Assembly (NCBI GenBank): GCA_963618015.1
Contig: CAVEQS010000009.1
Span: forward strand, 419 to 64,418
Length of the DNA: 64,000 nucleotides
Reading direction: 5' to 3'
Source: a bacterium
GTDB taxonomy: Bacteria > Bacillota > Clostridia > Oscillospirales > Oscillospiraceae
Shown: positions 48,701-56,843 of the stretch, piece by piece
Position numbering within the stretch: position 1 is the stretch's first letter
Layout: every line of letters starts with the position of its first letter
Position numbers and translations under genes: made by a program
Notes under the pieces: generated by a model
What the model was told of the DNA's origin: nothing
The model's input: only the letters and a program-made list of their open reading frames with translations
Databases searched by the model: none

Positions 48701-49722
48701 AGCGCGGCAATGGTGTCCGCGTCCAGCCCGGCGTCCTCCAGCGTCGTGGCATCGTCCATGGAGTCGTAGGGCTCGCCGAGCGCCTTGGCGTAGAGCGCGC
48801 TGTCCGCCTCAAGCGAAGCAATGCGCGCGTCGGTCTCGGCGAGCTGCGCCTCGGCTGCGGCGAGAGCTTCCTCCGCCTGCGCGAGCTGTTCGTTCAAAAG
48901 ATCGATAGCCGCGCGCGCCGCGGCAAGCTTGGCCGCGCTCTCCCCGGCGGCGGTGACGGTGTCGGCGAGATCGCTCTCGCTCTGCTTGATGGAATCGTTG
49001 ATGCCGCTGGATGCGCCGAGCAGCTGATTCTTTCCGGCTTCGACCGCGCCGCGGTTTTCGTCGATCTCCTTCTGCGCGTCCTCAAGCTGCTGCCGCGCGT
49101 CCTCCATCGCGGCGTTGATCGCCTCGGCGATCTTTTCGTTCATTTTGTCGAGCTTCTTCTCGTTGACCTCAATAGTCATCGTCCGCTCGATCATGCCGCC
49201 GGTCGTGATGCTCGCCACGCCCGTTGTGCCCTCGAGCGTTGGGATCACGGTGTCCTTGGCAAAGCGCGAGAGCTCGTACCGGTCCATCTCGGACGAGTCG
49301 ACCGCCGCGACCATCACGGGGATCATGTTCGGGTTGATGCGGATGATGCTCGGCGTGCCGATGGAATCGTCCCAGCTGCCGGTGAGCATCTGTGTTTTCT
49401 GCAGGATATCCACCACGGCGCTGTCCATGTTTGTGTCCTGCTCAAATTCGAGCACGAGCATGGAGTAGTTCTCCGCCGAGGTGGAGGTTACGGTCTTAAT
49501 ATCGTTGAGCGTCGCCATGCTCTGCTCCATGGGCTTGGTGACGACGGCCTCGACCTCCTCGGGCGCCGCGCCCGGATACGTCGTCACGATGACGGCGTAG
49601 GGGTAGTCCATGTTCGGCATCAGATCGGGCGTCATTTTGACGCACGACATCACGCCGAACACCAAAATGGCGACTACCGCCACGAACACGGTAAAAGGTT
49701 TTTTTACACTAAAGGAGGTCAT
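45793..49722 (-). CDS. RND-superfamily efflux transporter (AcrB/SwrC-like) with a ~280-aa coiled-coil insertion in the first extracytoplasmic loop
   Basis: 1309 aa. N-terminal KKPFTVFVAVVAILVFG and TM/loop architecture with GLSISVGMLVDNSVVVIEN and GMIMLVGIIVNNGIVLVDY (RND TM4/TM10 motifs). Residues ~195-475 are Ala/Glu/Gln/Leu-rich heptad-like sequence absent from canonical ~1000-1050-aa RND pumps. Confidence 0.9.
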   Translation of the reverse strand: MTSFSVKKPFTVFVAVVAILVFGVMSCVKMTPDLMPNMDYPYAVIVTTYPGAAPEEVEAVVTKPMEQSMATLNDIKTVTSTSAENYSMLVLEFEQDTNMDSAVVDILQKTQMLTGSWDDSIGTPSIIRINPNMIPVMVAAVDSSEMDRYELSRFAKDTVIPTLEGTTGVASITTGGMIERTMTIEVNEKKLDKMNEKIAEAINAAMEDARQQLEDAQKEIDENRGAVEAGKNQLLGASSGINDSIKQSESDLADTVTAAGESAAKLAAARAAIDLLNEQLAQAEEALAAAEAQLAETDARIASLEADSALYAKALGEPYDSMDDATTLEDAGLDADTIAALNAKGCTDLGSVRTMNNLNEVNLSAQRTARAAQAVAVETARVQVEELRTQIAAAEENYAALEADAKKQMESLENLQKQLEELPGELMGGVTQISLAGGQLAAAQTALTSAQTQLDAAVQTLEDQLASALDAADLHGVMTLETVSSLIAAQNLDMPAGYVYDENGNGIIVTVGDAIQDGDDLENLVLLDLGIEGLDPIRVCDVADVVRADNAGEIYASLNGNNGLILMFSKQSNYATAKVSDNIRAAFEELSAEYPGLTFTALMDQGDYIYLLRDSILSSLLWGALFSVIILFLFLRDWRPTVITLCSIPISLLFAFTLMYFTGVSINIMSLSGLSISVGMLVDNSVVVIENTYRLRALGESTVKSTVSGARQVGGAIAASTLTTICVFIPIAFVEGLTRELFTDMVLTLSYALIASLIVALTLVPALAGKLLAHAKPQSETAFTRFMPKYRKSVLWAVNHKAVTLLTAVALLIASGAAVLTKGFTFLPDMEMEQMMVTLTMPEGSSFADTTAAADEAANRMLTVPGVETVGGAIGDSAGSLSFMASDGDVSFYVLLEKGYKASRVAKEINEACADMDADVNADANSLMSSMTQMLTSSGITVRVYSNDLDDLRETADAVAEVLRGVEGTENVAAGEEEPTAELHFTVDKEKAAKEQLTVAQVYMQVASALTGSADLIELSDGGDTYAVSVQTAGKDTITPEYVRSLTFDVTAKDGTVHSVALKDIATVEETESLSSIHRLNQRRYIDVTADISEGYNVTLVTNSAEEALASFTPADGAAVSFTGERESIVEALRQLILMLAVGILLVYLVMVAQFQDLKSPFIVMFTIPLAFTGGFLALLIAGLDINLLSMLGMIMLVGIIVNNGIVLVDYINQLRIGGMERREAIADAAVTRLRPILMTSITTILGLIVMALGQSEATSLIQPLAVTCIGGLLYATLMTLYVVPVMYDALSKKELYHVDEADLELSEK

Positions 49723-49810
49723 GGAGCAGGATCCTTTCCGGAAAACTGGTTTATTTGCCTATCATAGCACCGCGTTTTGACGAATGCGTGAATTTTTGTT
49801 GAATTTTAAC

Positions 49811-49847
49811 GAAAAAATAAGACGCAGCTTAATTTTAGCTGCGTCTT
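49811..49847 (-). terminator. Intrinsic terminator after the TRAP operon (downstream of repeat R13)
   Basis: The minus strand reads AAGACGCAGC-taaaattaa-GCTGCGTCTT followed by ATTTTTTC. Confidence 0.7.
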
Positions 49848-49859
49848 GTATGGGAAGGG

Positions 49860-49986
49860 AAAACCCCTCCGTCAAAAATTTCATTTTTGCCACCTCCCCT
49901 TTTAGGGGAGGCAAGATCGTTTACCGCGAACCCACTTGGCTCCCCTAATAGGGGAGCTGTCAGCCGTGAGGCTGACTGAGGGGTTT
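49860..49986. repeat. Repeat cluster R13: B1> spacer <A1 (type-1 composite)
   Basis: AAAACCCCTCCGTCAAAAATttcATTTTTGCCACCTCCCCTtttAGGGGAGGCAAG, spacer ATCGTTTACCGCGAACCCA, CTTGGCTCCCCTaatAGGGGAGCTGTCAGCCgtgaGGCTGACTGAGGGGTTT. The last T is the first base of the TRAP permease stop (TCA on +). Confidence 0.88.
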
Positions 49987-51911
49987 CACGCCGCTTTCAG
50001 CGTCTTTTTCTCCTTGAGGATCTGCATCGCCACGATTCCGCCGACAACGATGATACCGATGACGTCCGTCACCGTGCCGGGGTACACGAGGCACAGACCG
50101 CCCGCGGCGGAGAGGATGCGCAGATACCAGGGAATGCTCCCGCGGTAGTAGCCCTCGAGCGCCATACCGATGCCAAACATACCGATGAGAGAGGTGATTG
50201 CGATGACGATGATCTCCGTGGCGGTCGTATCCACGAGCACCATGGCGGGGTTGTAGGCGAGAATGTACGGGATGATGAACGCCGCGATGGCGAGCTTTGT
50301 TGCGTTGAGCGCGGTTTTCATGGGGTTTGCGCCGGCGATGGCGGCGCCGGCGTATGCGGCGAGCGCGACCGGCGGCGTGAGATCGGCCACGATGCCGAAG
50401 TAGAACACGAAGAAGTGCGCCGCGATGGTTGGAATACCCATCTTCACGAGAATGGGGGCGCACGTCGTCGCCATGATGCAGTAGTTGGCGGTCGTCGGAA
50501 CGCCCATGCCAAGAACGATGCAGCAGACCATGGTCAGCACAAGAGCCAGAAGCTTCGCGTTGCCAGAGAGGTTGACAATGGCATTGATGAGGTCGTTGGC
50601 CAGACCGGTCATTGTAAGGCAGCCGGCGACGATGCCCGCTATGCCGCACGCCACGCCCACGGAGATGCACCCCTGCGTGCCGGCGGCCAGCGCTTCAAAG
50701 AACTTCTTCGGCGTCATGCGCGTTTCGCTGGAGAACATGCTCACGACGATGGCGGCAATCGTGGCAAGAGCCGCGGAAAAGGCCATGGTATGCCTGTTGG
50801 AGGAAACAAGGTAAATGAGCAGAGCCAACGGCAGCAGCAGATAGATCTTCCCCAGTAGCGGTCGCAGCGACGGCAGCTCATTGCGCGGCACGCCTTTCAG
50901 CCCAGTTTTTTTCGCCTCCAGATGGACGCAGATGAAAATTCCGGTGAAGTAAAGAACCGCAGGGAGAATGGCGCGCACCACGATGTTGGAGTATGGCAGC
51001 GAGACATAGTCCACCATGAGGAACGCTGCCGCGCCCATGATGGGCGGCATGATCTGCCCGCCGGTAGAGGCCGCGGCCTCCACGGCACCGGCAAATTCGG
51101 GCTTGTAGCCCATTTTTTTCATCATGGGGATCGTGACGGAACCCGAGCCGACGGTGTTGGCGACGGAGGAGCCGGACACCATGCCCTCAAGCGCACTGGC
51201 GATGACGGCGGCCTTCGCCGGTCCGCCGGACGCCCAGCCGGTGAGGGCGTTGGCAAACTGAATGAACAGGTCAGCGATGCCGGTACGCTCAAGGAACGCA
51301 CCGAAGATGATGAATACGGCGATGTACTTCGAGCAGACGTTGACCGGCGTGGAGAGAATGCCCGTCTTCTTATAGAAGATCGAGCAGACGAGCGATTTGA
51401 ACGCCCCCGTGCCGAGTCCGCGCTTGACGCCGTAATAGTAGAATGCGTACACGATGAAAATGCCCGCCACGATCATGATGGGCACGCCGGTGCTCCGGCG
51501 GCAGAGCTCAAAGAGCGCCGCGATGCCGATCACGCCGAGCACGACTTCATACGTTTTAAGCGCCGGGAGCTGCTGCACGATGGTGTTGGCGTTGAAGCAG
51601 AAATAGAAGAACGATGCCGCGCCGAGCGCCATGATGATCCAGTCGTACCAGGGGACAAAGTTCACGCGGAACTCGTGCTTGTGGCTGGGAAAGATGAGGA
51701 AGCCCGCGATCAGCAGACCGCCGACGAACGACGTGAGCCGCACCTCGTCGAGCATCGTGCCGAACAGCGTAACATACACCTCAAAGATCGCGAACGCCGC
51801 AAGATACGCCTGCACGGCGATCTTCGGCTTGCCCTCCCAGGCGCGGGTATTCGATTCGCGGTCATATTTTCGCATGACCTCGTTGAGATTTTTTGTCGCG
51901 TCGTGAGACAT
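49986..51911 (-). CDS. TRAP transporter fused permease (TAXI-type, DctQM-like)
   Basis: About 641 aa and highly hydrophobic, with about 18 TM. Start at MSHDATKNLNEVMRKYDRESNTR behind GGGAGGT. Partnered with a TAXI binding protein upstream. Confidence 0.9.
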   Translation of the reverse strand: MSHDATKNLNEVMRKYDRESNTRAWEGKPKIAVQAYLAAFAIFEVYVTLFGTMLDEVRLTSFVGGLLIAGFLIFPSHKHEFRVNFVPWYDWIIMALGAASFFYFCFNANTIVQQLPALKTYEVVLGVIGIAALFELCRRSTGVPIMIVAGIFIVYAFYYYGVKRGLGTGAFKSLVCSIFYKKTGILSTPVNVCSKYIAVFIIFGAFLERTGIADLFIQFANALTGWASGGPAKAAVIASALEGMVSGSSVANTVGSGSVTIPMMKKMGYKPEFAGAVEAAASTGGQIMPPIMGAAAFLMVDYVSLPYSNIVVRAILPAVLYFTGIFICVHLEAKKTGLKGVPRNELPSLRPLLGKIYLLLPLALLIYLVSSNRHTMAFSAALATIAAIVVSMFSSETRMTPKKFFEALAAGTQGCISVGVACGIAGIVAGCLTMTGLANDLINAIVNLSGNAKLLALVLTMVCCIVLGMGVPTTANYCIMATTCAPILVKMGIPTIAAHFFVFYFGIVADLTPPVALAAYAGAAIAGANPMKTALNATKLAIAAFIIPYILAYNPAMVLVDTTATEIIVIAITSLIGMFGIGMALEGYYRGSIPWYLRILSAAGGLCLVYPGTVTDVIGIIVVGGIVAMQILKEKKTLKAA

Positions 51912-51964
51912 GGGACGTACCTCCCGTTTTAGAATCAATCGTTGAATACGCAACGGGAGGAGCA

Positions 51965-52200
51965 GAGCCCCTCCCCTACAGGCCGGCCAAAGAAGCCTCG
52001 CAGAGTTTGCGCCCGCAGGCGCAAAAAGACTTGATTATTTTCTCCGGCGACATGCGCGTCGGAGAAAATACCGCTCGGCTTGCAAACGTGCGAGCGAAGC
52101 GAGTGCGCTGCGGCAAGCCGCAGCCTTTTCAAACGAGAGCCCAACGCAGTGGGTCTCGTTTGAGGGCGTGTCAAAAAGAATTTTTGGCACGCCCAATGGG
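51965..52200. repeat. Cluster of at least five GC-rich hairpins in the binding-protein/permease intergenic region of the TRAP operon (R16; related to hp1-type stems of the repeat family)
   Basis: Stems GCGCC/GGCGC (52018..), TTTTCTCCGGCGAC/GTCGGAGAAAA (52039..52068), CTTGC...GCAAG enclosing GTGCGAGCgaaGCGAGTGC, AAACGAGAGCCC/GGGTCTCGTTT and GCGTGTCAAAAA/TTTTTGGCACGC. The loop/stem pieces GCGAGCGAAGCGAG resemble the A3 hp1. Confidence 0.55.
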
Positions 52201-52204
52201 AGGA

Positions 52205-53191
52205 TCAGCCGGCGGTCTCGACGGTGATGCCGTTTTCGGCGAAGTACTTCGCAGCGCCCGCGGCGAACGGAACGGCGATGCCTTCGGTGGCGAAGGTCAG
52301 ATCAATGCTGTTGCCTTTCTCGTGCAGAGCGGTGATGTCTTCCTTGCTCTCCATGATGGTCTTGACGATAGTGTAAGCGGTGTCATCGTCGAGATCGGCG
52401 CGGCAGACGAGCGTGGCCTTCACGGTGATGGTGGAGCAGTCCTCGTCAAACCCGGCGTAGGTACCGGCGGGCAGAACGAGCTTGGCGTACCAGGGGCAGC
52501 TCGCGAGCAGCTTTTCCATGTGCGCATCGTCAAAGCCGACGAGATACACGGTCTTGGAAGCGGCGAGCTCGGTAACGGCCGGGGTCGGAGCACCGGCGCA
52601 CAGGAACGCGGCGTCGATCTTGCCGTCCTTGAGGCTTTCGGTGCTGTCGCCGAAGGACTGGTACACGGGGGAAACGTCGTCGATGGTCATGTCGTAGGCG
52701 GCGAACACGTCGATGGCGTTGAAGTACGTGCCGCTGCCGACGTCGCCGACGCACACGCGCTTACCGCGCAGATCCTCCACCGTCTTGAGCGAGGGATCGG
52801 TCGTGACGATCTGCACCGTTTCGGGATACAGCGCGCACAGAACGCGGAAGCCGTCGATCTTGCCGGAATCGGCAAAGGAGTTCGTGCCGTTGTAGGCATA
52901 GGTCATAACGTCGGACTGGACGGTCGCGAGATCGTACATGCCGTCCTGCATGCTCACGAGGTTATCCTTGGAGCCGCCGGTCGCGACGACCGTGAGCTTG
53001 ATGTCGGTCTTCTGGCCGATCACGGTGCCGAGGATGCCGGTGTAGCCGTAATACGTGCCGCTCTCACCGCCGGTGCCAACGTTCAGCGAAACGCTGCTCG
53101 CCGCCGGGGTGGAATCGCCCGAGCTGCTGCCGCAGGCGCACAGCGCAAACACCATGCACAGCGCCAAAACCAGAGCCAATACTTTTTTCAT
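52205..53191 (-). CDS. TAXI-family TRAP transporter solute-binding lipoprotein
   Basis: MKKVLALVLALCMVFALCACGSS lipobox. GGESGTYYGYTGILG...ATGGSKDNL is TAXI (TIGR02122-like) sequence. Start at 53191. Confidence 0.9.
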   Translation of the reverse strand: MKKVLALVLALCMVFALCACGSSSGDSTPAASSVSLNVGTGGESGTYYGYTGILGTVIGQKTDIKLTVVATGGSKDNLVSMQDGMYDLATVQSDVMTYAYNGTNSFADSGKIDGFRVLCALYPETVQIVTTDPSLKTVEDLRGKRVCVGDVGSGTYFNAIDVFAAYDMTIDDVSPVYQSFGDSTESLKDGKIDAAFLCAGAPTPAVTELAASKTVYLVGFDDAHMEKLLASCPWYAKLVLPAGTYAGFDEDCSTITVKATLVCRADLDDDTAYTIVKTIMESKEDITALHEKGNSIDLTFATEGIAVPFAAGAAKYFAENGITVETAG

Positions 53192-53485
53192 TTCCTTTTC
53201 CTCCTTGTCATTCTGACGGCTGCCTCTCGCGGAAAACCGCGAAATTTGCAAGCCGCAGGAAATTTCTTTCGTATGGACGCATTATAAACGCTCAAAACGC
53301 CGATTGCAAGACTAAATTTGAATTTTGCACGAAATTATTATGCAAAAAATTTAGCAGAGTAAATTCGGAAACTGTGCACAATAGCGAAACGCCCCCGCGC
53401 CGCTCTCGGAGGGAGGCGCGGCACGGGGGCATATATGGAAATTCGCCGCCGGAAACCCGGCGGCGAACCACTATATTTTGTGCTT

Positions 53486-54382
53486 TCAGCAGTAAATGTC
53501 CACGGCGTGGTGGTGCGAGCGCAGCGTAAGAGTCTGGTGCGCGCCGCCGTCCTCGCCGTCGCGCGTCCAGGGGACGGGCTCCTCAAACGTGAATTTCACG
53601 AAGCTCGACTGCACGATGGTGAGGCAGGGGCTGTCGTAGGTCTTGTTCAGCACACCGGTGAGGATGCTGTTGATCTCCATCACGTCCTTCGGGCGGCGGA
53701 CGAGCAATATTTCAAACTTGCCGTCCGAGAGATCGACGAGCTCGTCATTTAGGCGCACCATGCCCGCAACGCTCAGGGAGTTGGACATCGCGCCATAGAT
53801 GAAATCGCCCTCGGTGACGCCGTGCTCGTGCTCGATGACGGCTTTGTAGCTCTTGATGGTGGAAAGAGCGTTCAGCCCGCCAAGCACATACGCTAAATGG
53901 CCGAGCGTGCGCTTGAGCTCCTGGTCGGTCTTGTAGCTCACCTCGGTGAATGCGCCGAATGCTGCGATGTACGTGAAGAAGCCGACGCCGTCCATCTCGC
54001 CGACGTCATAGTGCAGCGGCTTCCCGGCGAGGATCATCTCGGCGGCGCGTCCCGGCTGGCGCATCGGAAGGCCGAGCGTGTTCGCCACGTCGTTCGCGGT
54101 GCCCATCGGGATATAGCCGAGCTTCGGGCGCTTCTCCTCCGGCAGCGTCATGAGACCCGCGATCGTGTCGGAGAGTGTGCCGTCGCCGCCGAGACAGACA
54201 AGCCGCTCATAGTTCGCGGCGTTCTCCGCAACGATTTTCGACGCCGTCCCCGGCGCGGTCGTATAAAATACGGTCGGGCAGTACCCGTTCACGGCGAACG
54301 TGGAAACCGCCGTGCCGAGATTGAGATCGGACATCGACCGCCCGGCGGCGGGATTCACCAGCATCATTAAGGACTTGGCCAT
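53486..54382 (-). CDS. Diacylglycerol/lipid kinase family protein (YegS/DagK-like)
   Basis: MLVNPAAGR, CLGGDGTLSD (GGDGT catalytic motif); 298 aa from MAKSLMM. Confidence 0.88.
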   Translation of the reverse strand: MAKSLMMLVNPAAGRSMSDLNLGTAVSTFAVNGYCPTVFYTTAPGTASKIVAENAANYERLVCLGGDGTLSDTIAGLMTLPEEKRPKLGYIPMGTANDVANTLGLPMRQPGRAAEMILAGKPLHYDVGEMDGVGFFTYIAAFGAFTEVSYKTDQELKRTLGHLAYVLGGLNALSTIKSYKAVIEHEHGVTEGDFIYGAMSNSLSVAGMVRLNDELVDLSDGKFEILLVRRPKDVMEINSILTGVLNKTYDSPCLTIVQSSFVKFTFEEPVPWTRDGEDGGAHQTLTLRSHHHAVDIYC

Positions 54383-54491
54383 AGCATATACCTCGCTGTA
54401 ATAATTATAATAGTATACACTCTTTACGAGTTCTTTATGATAATAGAAAAACGATGCGGCAGGAATCTGCCGCATCGTCCATGTTTGAGGA

Positions 54492-54758
54492 TTATTCGCT
54501 CAGCGCGTTCATCTTGGAAGCCATGCTGGACTTCTTGCGAGCTGCGTTGTTCTTGTGGAGCAGACCCTTGGACACCGCGCGGTCAACCGACTTGACAGCG
54601 GCTTTGTAGGCAGCCTCGGCGTTCTCCTTATTTCCTTCCGTCGCAGCGGCGTCAAACTTTTTGATCGTGGTCTTGAGCTCAGACTTGTCCGCCTTGTTGC
54701 GCTCGGCGCGAACACGGGAGACGAGAACCCTCTTGGCCGAAGACTTGATGTTGGCCAT
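54492..54758 (-). CDS. rpsT: 30S ribosomal protein S20
   Basis: 88 aa, basic, with a MANIKSSAKR N-terminus. Confidence 0.95.
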   Translation of the reverse strand: MANIKSSAKRVLVSRVRAERNKADKSELKTTIKKFDAAATEGNKENAEAAYKAAVKSVDRAVSKGLLHKNNAARKKSSMASKMNALSE

Positions 54759-54914
54759 TCTTTAGCCACCTCCTCCATTCAATACTCCTGCGGATCGACG
54801 AACCCGCGTTTTGATATTATAAAGGAGGATTCTTGATTTTGCAAGCACTTTTTTCGTTTTCTCTGCAAAAATTTTGCATACTTTTGTGCCTCTTTCAAAT
54901 ACTGACCACAAGAT

Positions 54915-55814
54915 ATGGCACAGGAGGAAAATCTTTTGAAAAATTCTTTCCGAACCGACCTCGCGTGCGAGTCGCGCGACGTATGGACAAGAACGCGCGG
55001 CGCCGATCTCGAGGGCGTCTCGGCGCGGTCAGAAACCCGCGACGGCCTCGGCGTTGAGACCGTAGAAATTTTAAATGAGGAAGCGGCTGAGGAATTATGT
55101 AAACCGATGGGGCGCTACACCACCATCTCGCTCGACGCGCTCATCCGCCGCGAGGAGGATGCCTTTCGCCGCGCCTGCGGCGTGCTCGCGCGCGAGATAC
55201 GGACGCAGCTCGCCATGGAGCCGGACGAGAGCGTTCTCGTCGTCGGGCTCGGCAACCCGGATATTACGCCGGACGCCATTGGGCCGCTCGCGGCGGAGTG
55301 CGTCCTTGTCACGCGCCATTTGAAATCGCGCCTGCCGGAGGAGTTTGCTGCGTTCCGTCCGGTGAGCGTTTTCCGTACCGGCGTTCTCGGCACGACCGGT
55401 ATCGAGAGCGCGGCGCTCGTCCGCGGCGTTGTGTCGCTCGTCCGGCCGGACAGGGTGATCGCGGTGGACGCGCTTTGCGCGCGGGAGGCCGCGCGCCTCT
55501 GCCGCGCGGTACAGGTGACGAACGCGGGCATCGTCCCCGGCTCCGGCGTCGGCAATGCGCGCAGCGCTCTTACGGAGGAAACGCTCGGCGTTCCGGTCGT
55601 CGCCGTCGGCGTGCCGACAGTCGTGGATGCGCGCACGCTCTGTGCCGACCTATGCGGCACGGAGACTGCCCTCCCGGAGGATACGGAGATGTTCGTCACG
55701 CCGCGGGACATCGATAGCCGCGTGCGCGACAGTGCCCGCCTCGCTGGCTATGCGATCGATCTTGCGCTGCACGATGCGCTGACCATCGAGGACATTGACA
55801 TGTTCCTTGCTTGA
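54915..55814 (+). CDS. gpr: Germination protease (GPR endopeptidase)
   Basis: FRTDLACES, VVGLGNPDITPDAIGP, GVPVVAVGVPTVVD. The divergent rpsT-gpr arrangement matches Bacillus/Clostridium. Confidence 0.92.
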   Translation: MAQEENLLKNSFRTDLACESRDVWTRTRGADLEGVSARSETRDGLGVETVEILNEEAAEELCKPMGRYTTISLDALIRREEDAFRRACGVLAREIRTQLAMEPDESVLVVGLGNPDITPDAIGPLAAECVLVTRHLKSRLPEEFAAFRPVSVFRTGVLGTTGIESAALVRGVVSLVRPDRVIAVDALCAREAARLCRAVQVTNAGIVPGSGVGNARSALTEETLGVPVVAVGVPTVVDARTLCADLCGTETALPEDTEMFVTPRDIDSRVRDSARLAGYAIDLALHDALTIEDIDMFLA

Positions 55815-55826
55815 CGTTTTACGTGA

Positions 55827-55842
55827 TGTTTCACGTGAAACA
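55827..55842. promoter_or_regulatory. parS site 1 (perfect 16-bp palindrome)
   Basis: TGTTTCACGTGAAACA, identical to the Firmicutes parS consensus. Confidence 0.9.
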
Positions 55843-55872
55843 TTGCTCGCCATAGAAAACCACCGCGAAAAA

Positions 55873-55888
55873 TGTTTCACGTGAAACA
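55873..55888. promoter_or_regulatory. parS site 2 (perfect 16-bp palindrome)
   Basis: TGTTTCACGTGAAACA, 46 bp from site 1, upstream of parA. Confidence 0.9.
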
Positions 55889-55945
55889 GTTGCAAAATGG
55901 GGAACGCATCATTATAATAAACGATGCTAAGAAAACAGAGACGGT

Positions 55946-56056
55946 AAAACTCCCTCAGTCTCGCCTTTGGCGAGCCAGCTCCCTCAAAGAGGGAGCCAAT
56001 TTGCCTCCCTCCCCGAGGGAGGTGGCCCGGTGCTTCGCGCCGGGACGGAAGGAGTT
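55946..56056. repeat. Repeat cluster R14: A3> <B3 (head-to-head, no spacer)
   Basis: AAAACTCCCTCAGTCTCGCCtttGGCGAGCCAGCTCCCTCaaaGAGGGAGCCAA | TTTGCCTCCCTCcccGAGGGAGGTGGCCCGGtgcttcgcgCCGGGACGGAAGGAGTT. It lies between the parS pair and the parA start. Confidence 0.85.
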
Positions 56057-56087
56057 CCCCCGTACAGACACCAAAGGGGGCAAAGAA

Positions 56088-56843
56088 ATGGGCAAAGTGA
56101 TCGCCGTCGCCAATCAGAAGGGCGGCGTCGGCAAAACGACAACGAGCGTGAATCTCACGGCAGCGCTGGCACGGCTCGGCAAAAAGACGCTGCTCGTGGA
56201 CTTCGATCCGCAGGGCAACAGCACGTCCGGTATGGGCGTATCCAAGCGCAGCAACCCGACGGCTTACGATGTTGTGATGGGCAGCGCGAGCGCGGAGGAC
56301 GCCGTCATCCGTCTGCCGTACGGCTGGGTGCTGCCGTCGAACACCGACCTTTCCGGCGCGGAAGTCGAGCTTGCCAACGTGGAGCGGCGCGAATACCGCC
56401 TGCGCGAGGCCATCGACACCATCCGGGACGACTTTGACTACATATTCATCGATTGTCCGCCGTCGCTGGGCATTCTGACGCTCAACGCCTTCACCGCGGC
56501 GGACAGCCTGCTCGTGCCGCTGCAATGCGAGTATTACGCGATGGAGGGCGTGGCGGATCTCACGACCTCGGTGAAGATCGCAAACCGGCGGTTGAACAAA
56601 AATCTCTATATTGAGGGCATTCTGCTCACAATGTACGATAACCGCCTGAACTTCTCCACGCAGGTGGCCGAGGAGCTGCGGCGGTATTTCGGCGCGCGGG
56701 TGTATGATACGGTCATCCCGCGCAACGTCCGTCTGGCCGAGGCACCGAGCCACGGCCGCCCGATCACGGAGTACGACGCCGGGTCGAAGGGCGCGCGGGC
56801 GTATCTCGCCGCCGCCGAGGAATTTTTGCAGAGGCAGGGATGA
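56088..56843 (+). CDS. soj: Chromosome partitioning ATPase ParA/Soj
   Basis: MGKVIAVANQKGGVGKTTTS deviant Walker A, FIDCPPSLG, 251 aa. The ORF-track N-terminal extension is read-through of repeat R14. Confidence 0.93.
   Translation: MGKVIAVANQKGGVGKTTTSVNLTAALARLGKKTLLVDFDPQGNSTSGMGVSKRSNPTAYDVVMGSASAEDAVIRLPYGWVLPSNTDLSGAEVELANVERREYRLREAIDTIRDDFDYIFIDCPPSLGILTLNAFTAADSLLVPLQCEYYAMEGVADLTTSVKIANRRLNKNLYIEGILLTMYDNRLNFSTQVAEELRRYFGARVYDTVIPRNVRLAEAPSHGRPITEYDAGSKGARAYLAAAEEFLQRQG

Noticed and set aside
53300-53345. TTTTGCA-n11-TGCAAAA inverted repeat upstream of the TAXI-TRAP operon, as an operator.
   Set aside because: It is a single occurrence in AT-rich promoter DNA with no regulator gene nearby. 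That is not enough support to call a site.
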